Shown: piece after piece, positions 31,655 through 42,226 of the stretch | Layout: each line of letters begins with the position of its first letter | Numbering within the stretch: position 1 is the stretch's first letter | From: an uncultured Ignavibacteriaceae bacterium | GTDB lineage: Bacteria; Bacteroidota; Ignavibacteria; Ignavibacteriales; Ignavibacteriaceae | Direction of reading: 5' to 3' | Assembly: GCA_963768365.1 (NCBI GenBank) | Contig: CAVYHS010000007.1 | Location: forward strand, 76,248-140,247 | Length of the DNA stretch: 64,000 nucleotides | Notes under the pieces: model-generated | The model's database searches: none | The model's input: only the letters and a program-made list of their open reading frames with translations | What the model was told of the DNA's origin: nothing | Made by a program: the position numbers and the translations under genes

Positions 31655-34120
31655 TTAAATCACACTCTGTGGATCAACATCATAGATCAATCTAACATCT
31701 TTGTATCTCGATTTCCTGTTAAACTCAGTGAAAGAATCGAGAATAGCTTTTCTTAAGGTCTTTCCACCAGCATCAGTTTCTTTCGGAGATTTAATTAATA
31801 TTTGATAACGAAATTGTCCCTTTAATTTTGATATTATTGCTGGAGTGGGTTGTGATATCTTTAACCACTTACTATATTTTTTTAACTCAGCGTAAAATGA
31901 TGAGATTGCTCCTTTTGCTTTATCATTCGACTGATCTTTAGCTTCAATTAAAGCAATTCTTGTAAAAGGAGGAAAGTCCGTTTTTTCTCTGTCAGTAATT
32001 TCTTTTTGATAGAAGCCATTATAATTATTGTTCAATACCATCTGAAGAGCAAAATGTTTTTCATTCTGTGTTTGTATAATTACTTCGCCGGGAGATTTGC
32101 TTCTTCCTGCTCTTCCGGAAACTTGTGTAAGCAACTGAAACGTTCTTTCATCTGCACGGAAATCAGGAAGCCATAAAGTTGTCTCAGTAGATATTACTCC
32201 AACAAGTGTCACACGTGAAAAGTCCAAACCTTTAGAAACCATTTGCGTTCCAACTAAAACATCTATTTCACCTAAACCAAAAGATATAAGTAATCTGCTC
32301 AATGCAGATTTTTTCGTTATAGAATCAGAATCTATTCTGCTCATCTTAACATTCGGAAAATAAAATTCCAGTTCGTCTTCAACCCGTTCAGTTCCAGTTC
32401 CAAAATATTTTATTTGAATCGACCCACAATGAGTGCATGCACGGGGAACATCCTTTATCAATCCACAATAATGACATTCGACATTGTTTTTATTTATATG
32501 ATAAACCATCGGGACTGAACAATTATCACAATTTTCAACTTCACCGCAATCCGTACAATAAATCTGAGTTGAGAAACCCCTTCTGTTCTGTAAAATAATT
32601 ACTCCTTCACTTCTCTTAATTCTTTTTTCAATCTTATCAAGCATGATTTTCGAAAAAATATTTTCCATCCTCTGTTTTTTTCTTTCCTTTTTTACATCAA
32701 CAAGTGTGATCACAGGGAGTTTTGCATTATCGATTCTTTCAGGAAGTTCGAGCAGCTTATACTTTCCTGTTTTTGCATTATACATACTTTCTATTGAGGG
32801 TGTAGCCGAGCCCAATAAAACCGGACAGTTAACAATGCTTCCCAACATAATAGCAGAATCACGGGCGTTATATTTCGGAACCATGTCCGCCTGTTTATAG
32901 CTTGCATCATGTTCTTCATCAATAACGACAAGTCCAATGTTCTTCAATGGAGTAAATAGTGCAGACCTCGCACCAATTACAACGCTTGACTTTCCCTTAA
33001 ATATTCTTTGCCACGAATCGTATCTTTCACCCGGAGACATCCGGCTGTGTAGCACAGTAACTTCATCTCCAAAAAAATTAAAGAATCGGGAGGTAATTTG
33101 AGGAGTGAGTGATATTTCGGGAACAAGTATCAGTACAGTTTTTTTCTGTTCAAGAACTTTTTTTGTTAGTTCAATATAAACCTGAGTTTTTCCACTCCCT
33201 GTTACACCGTGCAGTAAAAAAGTATTGTAAATCTCATCATCAATTACTTTTGAAACTTCGCTAATCACCTCGGCCTGTTTTTTTGAAAGAGAAAATTTTG
33301 TTTTTTCTTCCCTGTATTGCTCTACATATCTCCGGTCAATTTCCTGCTCATAAATTTTAACAAATCCTTTAGCAGCAAGAGAATCAAGTGAAGATTTTGA
33401 AGAGGATGTTTTACTGAGTAATTCAGCGACAGGCAATCCTTTTCCCTTAGCATTGACCAATTCTAAAAGCAACTTAATCTGTTTTGGAGACCGTCTCTCT
33501 ATTTCAGGGAATATAGAATAAACCTCCCCAACCGATTTATTCAGCTTTACGTAATTAATAGATTTTGATTTAACCTTAGCCGGCTGAAGCAGATCAAGCA
33601 AAGTAACCACACCATTTTCCTGTAAGGTTCTGAGGGTGGAATAAATATTTTTTTTCTTTACAAGTTTCTGAAGCTGATGAAGACTGATTTCTTTTTTTTT
33701 AGAGAGGATTTTAAGAATCTTCGCCCTCGTCGAGGTTTTATTTTTTTCTTTAGAAAAAAAATGAGCACAGACTTTTTGGTCAGGAATAATTTTTCTTTTT
33801 GATTCAACCTCGGAACCATACGGAACAGCAAGCTTCAAAGCTTCACCAAATGAGCAGAGATAGTAATCAGCCAACCAATGATAAAACTTTAAACCTGAAT
33901 TATCTATAATCGGCTGTTCATCAAGTATATCAATTATTGGTTTAATTTTATCTTTAACAGAATGGGTTTTTAGTCGATTGATTATAAATCCGGTAAGTGT
34001 TCGCTTTCCGAACGGAGCAACCGCTCTTACACCAATTTTTGCTTGTTTTTCAAGTTCTTTGGGAACAAGGTATGTAAAGGCTTTTCGAAATGGTAGGGGA
34101 AAAACTAATTCAACATACAT
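31655..34120 (-). CDS. priA: Primosomal protein N' (replication restart helicase PriA)
   Basis: Intact 821-aa ORF with Walker A ...LLHGVTGSGKTQVY..., DEEH box ...LVVIDEEHDASYK... and the Cys-rich zinc motif CTDCGEVENCDNCSVPMVYH...CHYCG...CTHCGS. Confidence 0.92.
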   Translation of the reverse strand: MYVELVFPLPFRKAFTYLVPKELEKQAKIGVRAVAPFGKRTLTGFIINRLKTHSVKDKIKPIIDILDEQPIIDNSGLKFYHWLADYYLCSFGEALKLAVPYGSEVESKRKIIPDQKVCAHFFSKEKNKTSTRAKILKILSKKKEISLHQLQKLVKKKNIYSTLRTLQENGVVTLLDLLQPAKVKSKSINYVKLNKSVGEVYSIFPEIERRSPKQIKLLLELVNAKGKGLPVAELLSKTSSSKSSLDSLAAKGFVKIYEQEIDRRYVEQYREEKTKFSLSKKQAEVISEVSKVIDDEIYNTFLLHGVTGSGKTQVYIELTKKVLEQKKTVLILVPEISLTPQITSRFFNFFGDEVTVLHSRMSPGERYDSWQRIFKGKSSVVIGARSALFTPLKNIGLVVIDEEHDASYKQADMVPKYNARDSAIMLGSIVNCPVLLGSATPSIESMYNAKTGKYKLLELPERIDNAKLPVITLVDVKKERKKQRMENIFSKIMLDKIEKRIKRSEGVIILQNRRGFSTQIYCTDCGEVENCDNCSVPMVYHINKNNVECHYCGLIKDVPRACTHCGSIQIKYFGTGTERVEDELEFYFPNVKMSRIDSDSITKKSALSRLLISFGLGEIDVLVGTQMVSKGLDFSRVTLVGVISTETTLWLPDFRADERTFQLLTQVSGRAGRSKSPGEVIIQTQNEKHFALQMVLNNNYNGFYQKEITDREKTDFPPFTRIALIEAKDQSNDKAKGAISSFYAELKKYSKWLKISQPTPAIISKLKGQFRYQILIKSPKETDAGGKTLRKAILDSFTEFNRKSRYKDVRLIYDVDPQSVI

Positions 34121-34134
34121 TTAAATTTATATGA

Positions 34135-34677
34135 TTATTCATCTTTTAGATATTTACTAAGACTAACCAGAATATCATTTTCAACATCAGCACTGAACAT
34201 TTCAAACTTCAATGTCTTTATTGAATTATCCCACATTATTCTTTTGAGACCTTCGGAAACAATAACTTCACCGTTCGTTGAAATTATGCTGTCTTCAAGA
34301 CCCAGTGTGAGGAAATAAAAAGGTTCCTGGTACTGGATACCTTCAACTTTGGATATATCGGAAAAAGAATAAGTCAAGCTACCGTTCAATTTTCCTTCTG
34401 AACCAAAAAGTTGTCTGTCTGAAATATTTTTTCCTTCATCTTTCATCTGCTGAACGAAATCATCACTCTTCAAAATGAAATTAAACAACTGGTTTTTATC
34501 TTCTTCCAGTTCGGAAACATTAGCCGCATCAGATTTTATATCAGTTACTCTCATAGCAACGGTACCAGATTTTTCATCATCTAAATTTATTTCATAAGAA
34601 ACGGTATTGAAAACCAGACAGCCCTGGATTGACATTGTTAAAAAAATCAGACTTAAAAGTTTTTTAATGTTCATCAT
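34135..34677 (-). CDS. Hypothetical lipoprotein
   Basis: Intact 180-aa ORF with the signal and lipobox MMNIKKLLSLIFLTMSIQGC. It lies 14 nt upstream of priA. I recognise no family. Confidence 0.5.
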   Translation of the reverse strand: MMNIKKLLSLIFLTMSIQGCLVFNTVSYEINLDDEKSGTVAMRVTDIKSDAANVSELEEDKNQLFNFILKSDDFVQQMKDEGKNISDRQLFGSEGKLNGSLTYSFSDISKVEGIQYQEPFYFLTLGLEDSIISTNGEVIVSEGLKRIMWDNSIKTLKFEMFSADVENDILVSLSKYLKDE

Positions 34678-34835
34678 TTATAAATCCTTTATTTGAAATT
34701 AACTAACATTGTAAAGCTAAATCGGTAATCCTTAAAAAAAAAGTTAAGATTTATTTCAACAAGTCGATTTAACCAAGAAGCAAATTTCATATAACTTAAT
34801 TATCTTAACAAAAAGCTAATAAAAACAATTTTAAA

Positions 34836-35825
34836 ATGGTTCAAGGCGCGTTAAAACATCTCTGAAATGCATTTATTGTTCTGCTCCTTTTAATTTGCAT
34901 TGGGACAACTGGATATATGCTTATAGAAGGTTGGGACATGAGAGATTCTATATACATGGTGATTATAACAATTACCACTACAGGTTTTGAGGAAGTGCAT
35001 CCATTATCCGGTGCTGGGGAAATTTTTACCCTCTTTCTTGTTATAGTAAGTTTTGGAACTGTTTTTTACATCGGTGGAATAGGAATTCATATTCTTATTG
35101 AAAGCAAAATCTTCAGGAGAAGAAGAATGGAAAAGAAAATTAATAAATTGGACAATCATTGCATCATTTGTGGATACGGGAGAATGGGTACACACATCTG
35201 CGAAGAGCTCGCACACGATGGAGTAAATTTTGTTGTGATTGAGAATAATCCTGCTAATCATCAAAAATTGGATGAAGCAGGTTACGTTTATGATACCGGC
35301 GATGCTTCGCATGACAGTACTCTGGAAAGAGTCGGAGTGAAAAGAGCCAAGGGTTTAATCGCGGTATTATCTAATGATGCTGAAAACGTTTTTACCACAC
35401 TTACAGCCAAGTTTCTTAATCCAAAAATATTTGTAGTTGCGAGAGCAGTTGAAGATGAAACTGAACCAAAATTATTAAAAGCCGGTGCTGACAGAGTTGT
35501 TAAACCTTACGAGCTTGGCGGAGTTAGAATGGCTTCTTTGTTGCTTCGTCCTGGTGTCGCAGATTTTATTGAAATCGTGGCAGCAAATAGAAATATTGAC
35601 TTGCAGATTGAGGAGATAGTTGTCAAGAAAGGATCTAAGATGCATCAGAAATCACTGGCTCAACTTCCAATTAGAACAGAATTTAATGCAATTATCGTTT
35701 CGATTCAGAATGATGAAAAAGGGATTTTTGTATACAATCCTAAGGGTGATACTATTGTTGATGAAGGTAACAAACTAATTGCAATAGGTGAGAAGAAAAA
35801 TTTAGCGCAGCTGAAAGATTTTTAA
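34836..35825 (+). pseudogene. Two-TM K+ channel with RCK/TrkA-N and TrkA-C domains; in-frame TGA at 34863..34865
   Basis: The ATG at 34836 gives MVQGALKHL-TGA-NAFIVLLLLICIGTTGYMLIEGW (TM1) in one frame. The pore region follows (...SIYMVIITITTTGFEEV...), then TM2, then Rossmann ...IICGYGRMGTHICEEL... and the C-terminal TrkA-C. The ORF track starts only at 34917, inside TM1. Confidence 0.75.
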
Positions 35826-35827
35826 TT

Positions 35828-36877
35828 TCAGGTTACTCCAGGTTCAAGCAATTTCAATTGCTCGGTTTCAGTATTCAATTCCGCTTTAACTCCAACAGGT
35901 AATACAAATTTATCAATAACGTGTCCAAACGATAATCCATAAATTACCGGTATTCCAAGATTTCCTAATCTATCCTGCAAAACTTCCATCAATGAATAAG
36001 AACCAGCGAAGGACGGATTGGTTTTATTTGGTTCACATAATTTGAATACACCAAGTGCAATACCTGCTGCATCCTTAAACTTACCAGCCTGAATCATTTG
36101 AGTAAGCATTCGGTCTATTCGATAGGGTTCCTCAAGAAACTCTTCAAGAAAAATTATTTTTCCAGAGTAATCAACATCATACTCTGTTCCGATCAAAGAA
36201 ACAGCAATAGATAGATTCCCTCCGATTAACTCCCCTTCTGCAGTTCCTTCTGAAATAACAGTGATCCCGTAGGGATTATAATTCTTTCTGGCTGTTGAAT
36301 TTGTTAACTCCAGTTCGAAGGTGGGATCCATTAATACTTTCTCAAAATTTCTTATGCTGAATTTGCTGAAAGTCGATATCGAAACAGGTCCGTGAAAAGT
36401 AATTAGGCTGCTGTATTTATAAATCGCGTACTGAATTGCAGTTACATCGCTGAACCCGATCAACGGTTTGGGATTATTTTCTATCAGGTCATAATCCAGG
36501 AAAGGAAGAATCCTTGCACCGCCGTAACCACCGCGGGCACACATAATTCCCTGCACGTCTTTTCTTTCAAACATTTTATTAAGATCTGCAGCACGTTCTT
36601 TATCTGTTGCAGAGAAATAACCTTTTTTCTGCATCAACCTATCTGAATAAGTAACATAAAAACCTAGACTTCGCAAGTTTTTTATCGATTCTTCTTTTTC
36701 TTCCTCGGTTATATAACTGCCGGGAGTTACTAATGCGATCATATCACCCTGCTTAAGTCTGGGGGGTTTGATACGAATTTTTATTTGAACATCTGTCTTA
36801 TCTGAAAATGATTTGGGAAATGCAGTCGCAGCAACAGAAGCAGCAGATATTGTTTTTATGAAGTTTCGGCGTTTCAC
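35828..36877 (-). CDS. LD-carboxypeptidase (peptidase S66) with twin-arginine signal
   Basis: Intact 349-aa ORF. The N-terminus is MKRRNFIKTISAASVAATAF (Tat consensus RRxFxK). The S66 core is ...IMCARGGYGGARILPFLDY...LIGFSDVTAIQ... Confidence 0.8.
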   Translation of the reverse strand: MKRRNFIKTISAASVAATAFPKSFSDKTDVQIKIRIKPPRLKQGDMIALVTPGSYITEEEKEESIKNLRSLGFYVTYSDRLMQKKGYFSATDKERAADLNKMFERKDVQGIMCARGGYGGARILPFLDYDLIENNPKPLIGFSDVTAIQYAIYKYSSLITFHGPVSISTFSKFSIRNFEKVLMDPTFELELTNSTARKNYNPYGITVISEGTAEGELIGGNLSIAVSLIGTEYDVDYSGKIIFLEEFLEEPYRIDRMLTQMIQAGKFKDAAGIALGVFKLCEPNKTNPSFAGSYSLMEVLQDRLGNLGIPVIYGLSFGHVIDKFVLPVGVKAELNTETEQLKLLEPGVT

Positions 36878-36887
36878 TAAAATAGAT

Positions 36888-38942
36888 TTAACTCTTTATT
36901 CTTATATCTACTGCAAAGATATTATTATCCTCTGTAACAACAAGCGGATTTAAATCGCACTCAGTAATTTCTTTATAGTCGAGAATCATCTGGGCAACCG
37001 ATTTGATTGTGCTTTTAATTTTATTCATATCAGCAGATGATTCACCACGAACACCCTGGATAATCTTTCCGATTTTTGTATTGTTTATCATCTCATCAAC
37101 ATCAAAATTAGTCAGATACGCTGAGCGGATAATGGTGTCTTCAATAAACTCAACATATTTTCCTCCCGTGCCAAACATTATTATTGGACCAAAGCTGGGA
37201 TCACGGAAACCACCAACCAGAAGTTCAAACTTTAATTGGATGAATGGTTGAATGAGGAAAGAGTCTAGCATAATATTTTTTTGTTTAAAGTTTTTAACCA
37301 TTTCGTCAGCCTGTTTAATCAACTCGTTTTTATCTTTTATATTTAGAACGACACCCTTTAATTCTGACTTATGAATAATTTTTTCACCGACAGCTTTCAG
37401 AACTATCGGAAATTTCAAGTCAGTGAGTTTCAATTCATTATATTTTAAAATTTGTGTTATAATGACTGGCAGATTGTAGTGTTTTGAAATTTTTACGACT
37501 TCATCTTGTGACAGAAATTTATTTTTTTCTAATTTGACTTCATTAGAATTAATTGCTTTGCAATGAAGTCTATTTTTATTATCCGGTTTGTTTTTGAACT
37601 TAAGCATATTGCCAATTACAACTGCAGGATCTTCCGGTCTTCTGAATAATGATCTTTTAGTTTTTGATTCTTTTCTGTACTTATCCCAAAATTCAGGTAA
37701 TGGCATTACAACTTGAAAGATCGGCTTATCACTTTGAATTTCATTTATTCCTTCAATCACAGGCATTGCAGGAACCATAATTGGTTCAACAAAAACGGAA
37801 ATAACAGCATCAACGTTTTTATCTTCAATTAAAATTTCATTTACCTGCTTAAATTGTTCAGCCGTTCCTCCTGGAAGAAGATCAACAGGATTGTTCACGC
37901 TTCCCTGCGCTTGGACAATTTCTCTGAGTTTAGATTTTGTTTCAGCAGTGAGTGCTGCCAAATTCAAATTATTTTTCTCAAGAGTATCAACAGTGAGTAT
38001 TGCAGGTCCGCCGGCATTTGTAACAACTGCAATTCGGTTTCTCTTCGGCATAGGAAAATCTTCAAAACCTTTTGCAGTATTGAACATATCATTCAAATCA
38101 TCTGCACGAATAATTCCGAATTGTTTCATTACTGCATTCACAACTTTATCGCTGCTTCCCAAAGCTCCTGTATGCGATGAAGCTGCTTTAATACCGCTTG
38201 AAGTTTTGCCGCCTTTTAAAATTATGACAGGTTTTGAAATTTTCTCATCAATAAAATGTTTAATGAATTCTTCTCCGGCTTCAAAGCTTTCGAGATAGTA
38301 AGTTATAACGCTTACATTTTTATCCTTTTCCCAGAATTCAAGAAGATCATTTTCAGTTACATCAGCTTTGTTGCCCACACTGATGAATTGAGAAAATCTT
38401 ATATCAGTTTCTCTTAACGAGTTTAAAACTGCGGCACCAATTGCACCGCTTTGTGAACAGAATGCCATCTTTCCATTTTGCGGTTCTTCAGCTACAAATG
38501 TTGCATTCATTTTAATTTTAGGAAGGGAGTTTATTATTCCCATGCAGTTTGGTCCGACTAATCTTGCACCTGATTTCTTAACAAGTTCAAGAATTCTTTT
38601 TTCTTCCCGCTCGCCTTCTTTTCCAGTTTCTTTAAATCCTGCGGTAATAAGAATTAGTGCTCTTGTTCCTTTGTCTGTTAGCTGTTTGATTGAATCTTCA
38701 ACGAACTGTTTTGGAACCATAATAATTGCCAGATCAATTTTTTCCTGAATAGACTCGATCGTAGGATAACATTTGTAGCCTAACACCTCATCAGATTTTG
38801 GATTGATGAGAAAAAGTTTTCCTTTATAACCGTATTGTTTAATTGATTTAGTTAATTCATAACCAAGGGAATTGGGTTTTGAAGAAGCTCCCACGACAGA
38901 GATTGATTTTGGATAGAAGTAATCCTGAAAGACAGAATTCAT
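36888..38942 (-). CDS. ADP-forming acetate/acyl-CoA ligase, fused alpha-beta (CoA-binding + ATP-grasp)
   Basis: Intact 684-aa ORF. The N-terminal CoA-binding domain is ...PKSISVVGASSKPNSLGY...LVGPNCMGIIN... with ...SQSGAIGAA... The C-terminal half is ATP-grasp-like. Confidence 0.8.
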   Translation of the reverse strand: MNSVFQDYFYPKSISVVGASSKPNSLGYELTKSIKQYGYKGKLFLINPKSDEVLGYKCYPTIESIQEKIDLAIIMVPKQFVEDSIKQLTDKGTRALILITAGFKETGKEGEREEKRILELVKKSGARLVGPNCMGIINSLPKIKMNATFVAEEPQNGKMAFCSQSGAIGAAVLNSLRETDIRFSQFISVGNKADVTENDLLEFWEKDKNVSVITYYLESFEAGEEFIKHFIDEKISKPVIILKGGKTSSGIKAASSHTGALGSSDKVVNAVMKQFGIIRADDLNDMFNTAKGFEDFPMPKRNRIAVVTNAGGPAILTVDTLEKNNLNLAALTAETKSKLREIVQAQGSVNNPVDLLPGGTAEQFKQVNEILIEDKNVDAVISVFVEPIMVPAMPVIEGINEIQSDKPIFQVVMPLPEFWDKYRKESKTKRSLFRRPEDPAVVIGNMLKFKNKPDNKNRLHCKAINSNEVKLEKNKFLSQDEVVKISKHYNLPVIITQILKYNELKLTDLKFPIVLKAVGEKIIHKSELKGVVLNIKDKNELIKQADEMVKNFKQKNIMLDSFLIQPFIQLKFELLVGGFRDPSFGPIIMFGTGGKYVEFIEDTIIRSAYLTNFDVDEMINNTKIGKIIQGVRGESSADMNKIKSTIKSVAQMILDYKEITECDLNPLVVTEDNNIFAVDIRIKS

Positions 38943-39229
38943 AGTTTTCCCAATATTTTTAGAATATACTAATCAAACTTAATTCATTCTGTTGAAAGAT
39001 TCTCCCTTTGATTTAAAGGTGATTTAAAAAAACACCTGAATTATGCGAACTAAATTTATGGTGTGAAAAAATAAATCCTTGATTTTATGTTATGGAAGAA
39101 AAATAAAGTTGCTGACCGTTTTTATAATAGCCTCGCTGCTTTAAAGAAAGCTGGTATTGTGCCACCCGTGATACTTGCTTTTTGCAGTCGGGGCTTTATA
39201 TTTGTAAAAATCTTAAGGATAATTATCAA

Positions 39230-39757
39230 ATGGAAATAAAATACTTATTAATTATTGTAATATCATTTTTATCAACTCCGTTTCTATCCGCACAAAATGA
39301 CAATCAGGATTTATCTAAATGTGATTGCGCAGAATGCCATCAACTCGATTTTTGGATTGGTGAATGGAAAGTTGAATGGGAAAACCAGGACAGTACCATT
39401 AGCGAAGGGACAAATTTAGTTAATTCAATTTTAGACGGTTGTGTTATTGAAGAAAATTTTGATGGAAATACGGGAATGGATTTTAGAGGAAAGAGTTTTT
39501 CGGTTTATAATCATAACAAAAAAATCTGGCAGCAGACATGGGTTGATGACACAGGTGGATATATGGTATTTACTGGTGGTATGGAAGACGATAAAATGAT
39601 TTTATCAAGAGCAGTCGAAACACCCAAGGGTTCTTTAACACAAAGAATGGTATTTCATAATATGCAAAAAGATTCATTTGATTGGAACTGGGAATCTTCT
39701 ACAGACAATGGTAAAACATGGAAGCTCAATTGGAAAATAAGATATACCAGAATTTAA
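39230..39757 (+). CDS. Hypothetical secreted protein (DUF1579-like?)
   Basis: This is ORF 39182..39757 with the start moved to the ATG at 39230, giving the signal MEIKYLLIIVISFLSTPFLSAQ. It has ...FWIGEWKVEW...ILDGCVIEENF...KKIWQQTWVDDTGG... The family guess has low certainty. Confidence 0.45.
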   Translation: MEIKYLLIIVISFLSTPFLSAQNDNQDLSKCDCAECHQLDFWIGEWKVEWENQDSTISEGTNLVNSILDGCVIEENFDGNTGMDFRGKSFSVYNHNKKIWQQTWVDDTGGYMVFTGGMEDDKMILSRAVETPKGSLTQRMVFHNMQKDSFDWNWESSTDNGKTWKLNWKIRYTRI

Positions 39758-39768
39758 ATCTCTCTACT

Positions 39769-39805
39769 GTCATTCTGAGGAACAGAGTGACGAAAGAATC
39801 TTTTT
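39769..39805 (+). terminator. Hairpin / terminator candidate after 39230..39757
   Basis: GTCATTCTG (39769..39777) pairs with CAGAGTGAC (39783..39791). The stem is 9 bp with one G-T wobble and an AGGAA loop. The T5 run starts only at 39801, 9 nt after the stem. Confidence 0.4.
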
Positions 39806-39867
39806 CAAATAATATTTTCTGAATAAGGTCGTGATCTATCACACCCCTACTATTTACATTTTTCGTT

Positions 39868-41894
39868 TTACTTCAGCAAAATCATCTTCTTTGTTTCGAC
39901 AAAACTCCCTGATAACAGTTTATAAAAATATATTCCACTTGGCAATCTGCTTCCATCAAATTCAATCTCATATTCCCCTGCCGGCTGTTCTTCATTTACT
40001 AATGTTACAACTTCATTCCCAAGAACGTCATAAAGATTTATTGAAACAAAATTGCTAATTGGTAATTGATACTTGATAATTGTTACCGGATTAAATGGAT
40101 TTGGGTAGTTTTGCGAAAGTGAAAATACTGATGGAGCAATTTCAACTTCAATAATGTTTGAGTACCTGAAAACTGCCATTAAAATCTATTTGTTTTAATC
40201 TGTAATAAAATTTTGATGATTCTTCAGCGGATAATATATCTGAATAAGTGTACTGATGTTGTTCCGATGTTGTTCCATTTCCTTCTTTAAAACCAATCGT
40301 TCTCCAATTTGATTTATCAGAGTTTCTCTCAATTTCAAACCCGTGGTTATTTAATTCTGTTGCTGTTGACCACGAAAGAGTAACAACATTCGTTGCAACA
40401 GAAGCTGAAAATGACAAAAGTTCTACAGGAACAATAGTTGTATCGGCGATATAACTGTAATAAACATCCTGTTCACCATTAAATGTAGCTGCCCATGCCA
40501 GATTTGCACCGTTGTTGTCCGAAACCATATGGAAGTAATCTCCCATCTTTTGCTGTTGCGGCCAGCCAACGTGCGGATCGAAATATTCCGAAAGTCTTTC
40601 ATTTTGTGACCAGGTTGTGCCTCCGTCATTCGAATTTGAGTAATATAAAGCTGAAATATTACTTCCAGGATTATCACGGGTATCCAGCCATATTACATCA
40701 ATGCGTCCGTTTGGAGCAACCGACATCGTACCAAACCATTGATATGCCGAAGTACCGGGATCATCATTAATTTTTATTGCTGAACTCCAGTTAACACCCC
40801 CATCTGTGCTGCGGGCAAACATTACATCTAACTGGATCAGAATTAGAATTTCTTTCAACAGAGCATAATAAGTAAACATTGCCTTGAAAAGGACCGCCGG
40901 AAGTGTCAACTGCTATCCAAGTTTGCCCGAGTAAGCCACCTGGATTAGGACCACCGCCAAATGAAATAGATCCATCCAGATTTACGGCTGTCGTCATATT
41001 CCACGCTACCATTTGACTGGAGTCCTGTGCATTTGTAGATTTTGCAACCTGGAAATCAAATCCGATTGTTGCACCAATATAAAGTTCACCCTCGGGTCCA
41101 ACAGTAAGCGTACCCCAAAAAGGATCATTCGGGATTGAAATACAATCTTCAAAACTTTCACCACCGTCAGTTGAACGTGTAAAAAAATCAGGAGAACAGA
41201 CGCTGTAACTGGAAGTCCAGAAGGAATAATTATGTCCGTTTCCCGGACCATTAGTTTTATCTATGGTCATCCATTGTTTGTCTCCTCCCTGTGCAAAAGT
41301 TCCACCATCCCAGGAGGAACCCCCATCGCTTGATTTAAATACATCACACAAAAATGTAGGGTTATTTGTCAAACTATTATAATAAAAATTTCCCTCGGCA
41401 TCTGCACCCAAAACCGGATCTGAGCGGAATATACCAGGCTCGATTACACCCGGAAATGTCCAGGTCTGCCCAGCATCTGTGGTAAATCCATATCCTGCCT
41501 GGCGGAAATTATTTGTTATTGTATTGAACTGTCTCCATCCTATTGCCATTCTATTATGATTATTTGGATCAACAGCAATTGAAGGTTCATTTGCCGCATC
41601 TCCGATAATGTTTTGTCCGTTCACGTCAACATTAACCTGAACAGTAGTAATATTACTCATTGAATAATTATAACCGGGCGATTTTTCCTGACTTCCCCTT
41701 AAATCCGGAATATAATCATCATCCTTAACCTCATGATGTTGAGTCGGATCTGGTGGATTATGTTTCTTTTGTTGATTTGTTTGAGAAAAAATTAGATTTG
41801 GTGAAATGAGAAAAACTATAACCGTCCAGAAAACTAACTTGGTAAATTTATATAATCTTCTCTTCGTAAAAATCTTTTTCATATTAGGCTCCAA
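39868..41894 (-). pseudogene. BNR/sialidase-fold secreted protein with T9SS C-terminal sorting domain, 2 breaks
   Basis: ORFs 40791..41894, 40148..40909 and 39868..40179 are co-linear. Five Asp-box motifs are present (TTDAGQTW, SSDGGSSW, STDGGESF, STDGGVNW, SNDGGTTW). The C-terminus is ...NYPNPFNPVTIIKY...SGIYFYKLLSGSFVETKKMILLK*. Confidence 0.7.
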
Positions 41895-42014
41895 ATTTGG
41901 ATTTTGGAAGTTTTGAAATTTTATGCTGACCTAATTTACGAATAATCTTTTTGTTCTACTTCACTATGGCAATACTATCCAATCAAATCCTGTCCTCCCA
42001 TCCGCTGAGGCGGA

Positions 42015-42190
42015 TTATCGAAGGAGGATCATCTTTTTAGCTTCAATATAGCTTCCGGCCTTTAATCTGTATAAATAGATACCACTTAGTAAGGTTTTCA
42101 ACATACCGTGGTAACTCATAAGTGCCTGCGGCTTTTTCTTTGTTAGCCAAAGTTTTAATTTCATCACCGAGAAGATTAAATACTTTGATA
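42015..42190 (-). pseudogene. Orphan T9SS C-terminal sorting-domain remnant
   Basis: Two frames together read SIKVFNLLGDEIKTLANKEKAAGTYEL...ENL | LSGIYLYRLKAGSYIEAKKMILLR*. That is only the last ~60 aa of a CTD. A TAG lies immediately upstream and no cargo body precedes it. Confidence 0.6.
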
Positions 42191-42226
42191 GACTAAGCAC
42201 GAAACAAATTTAGTTAAACTCCTATC

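Noticed and set aside
34863-34865. In-frame TGA in the K+ channel gene as evidence for TGA recoding (Trp/Gly/Sec) or an alternative genetic code.
   Set aside because: Many genes in the window terminate sensibly at TGA (for example bamD, ccmD, ccmA), often with coupled downstream starts. I saw no other in-frame TGA at conserved positions. A point error or mutation is the simpler explanation.
37854-38298. Antisense or alternative-frame ORFs inside recognised genes. Examples: 932..1165, 5357..5563, 6695..6937, 8671..8865, 8933..9199, 11120..11335, 18789..19082, 22084..22362, 29894..30280, 35004..35312, 37003..37251, 37854..38298, 45119..45526, 46886..47194, 47334..47729, 61908..62156.
   Set aside because: They lie opposite to or out of frame with strongly family-like genes. 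Their composition is low-complexity or odd, with no start context. They are typical shadow ORFs of AT-rich DNA.
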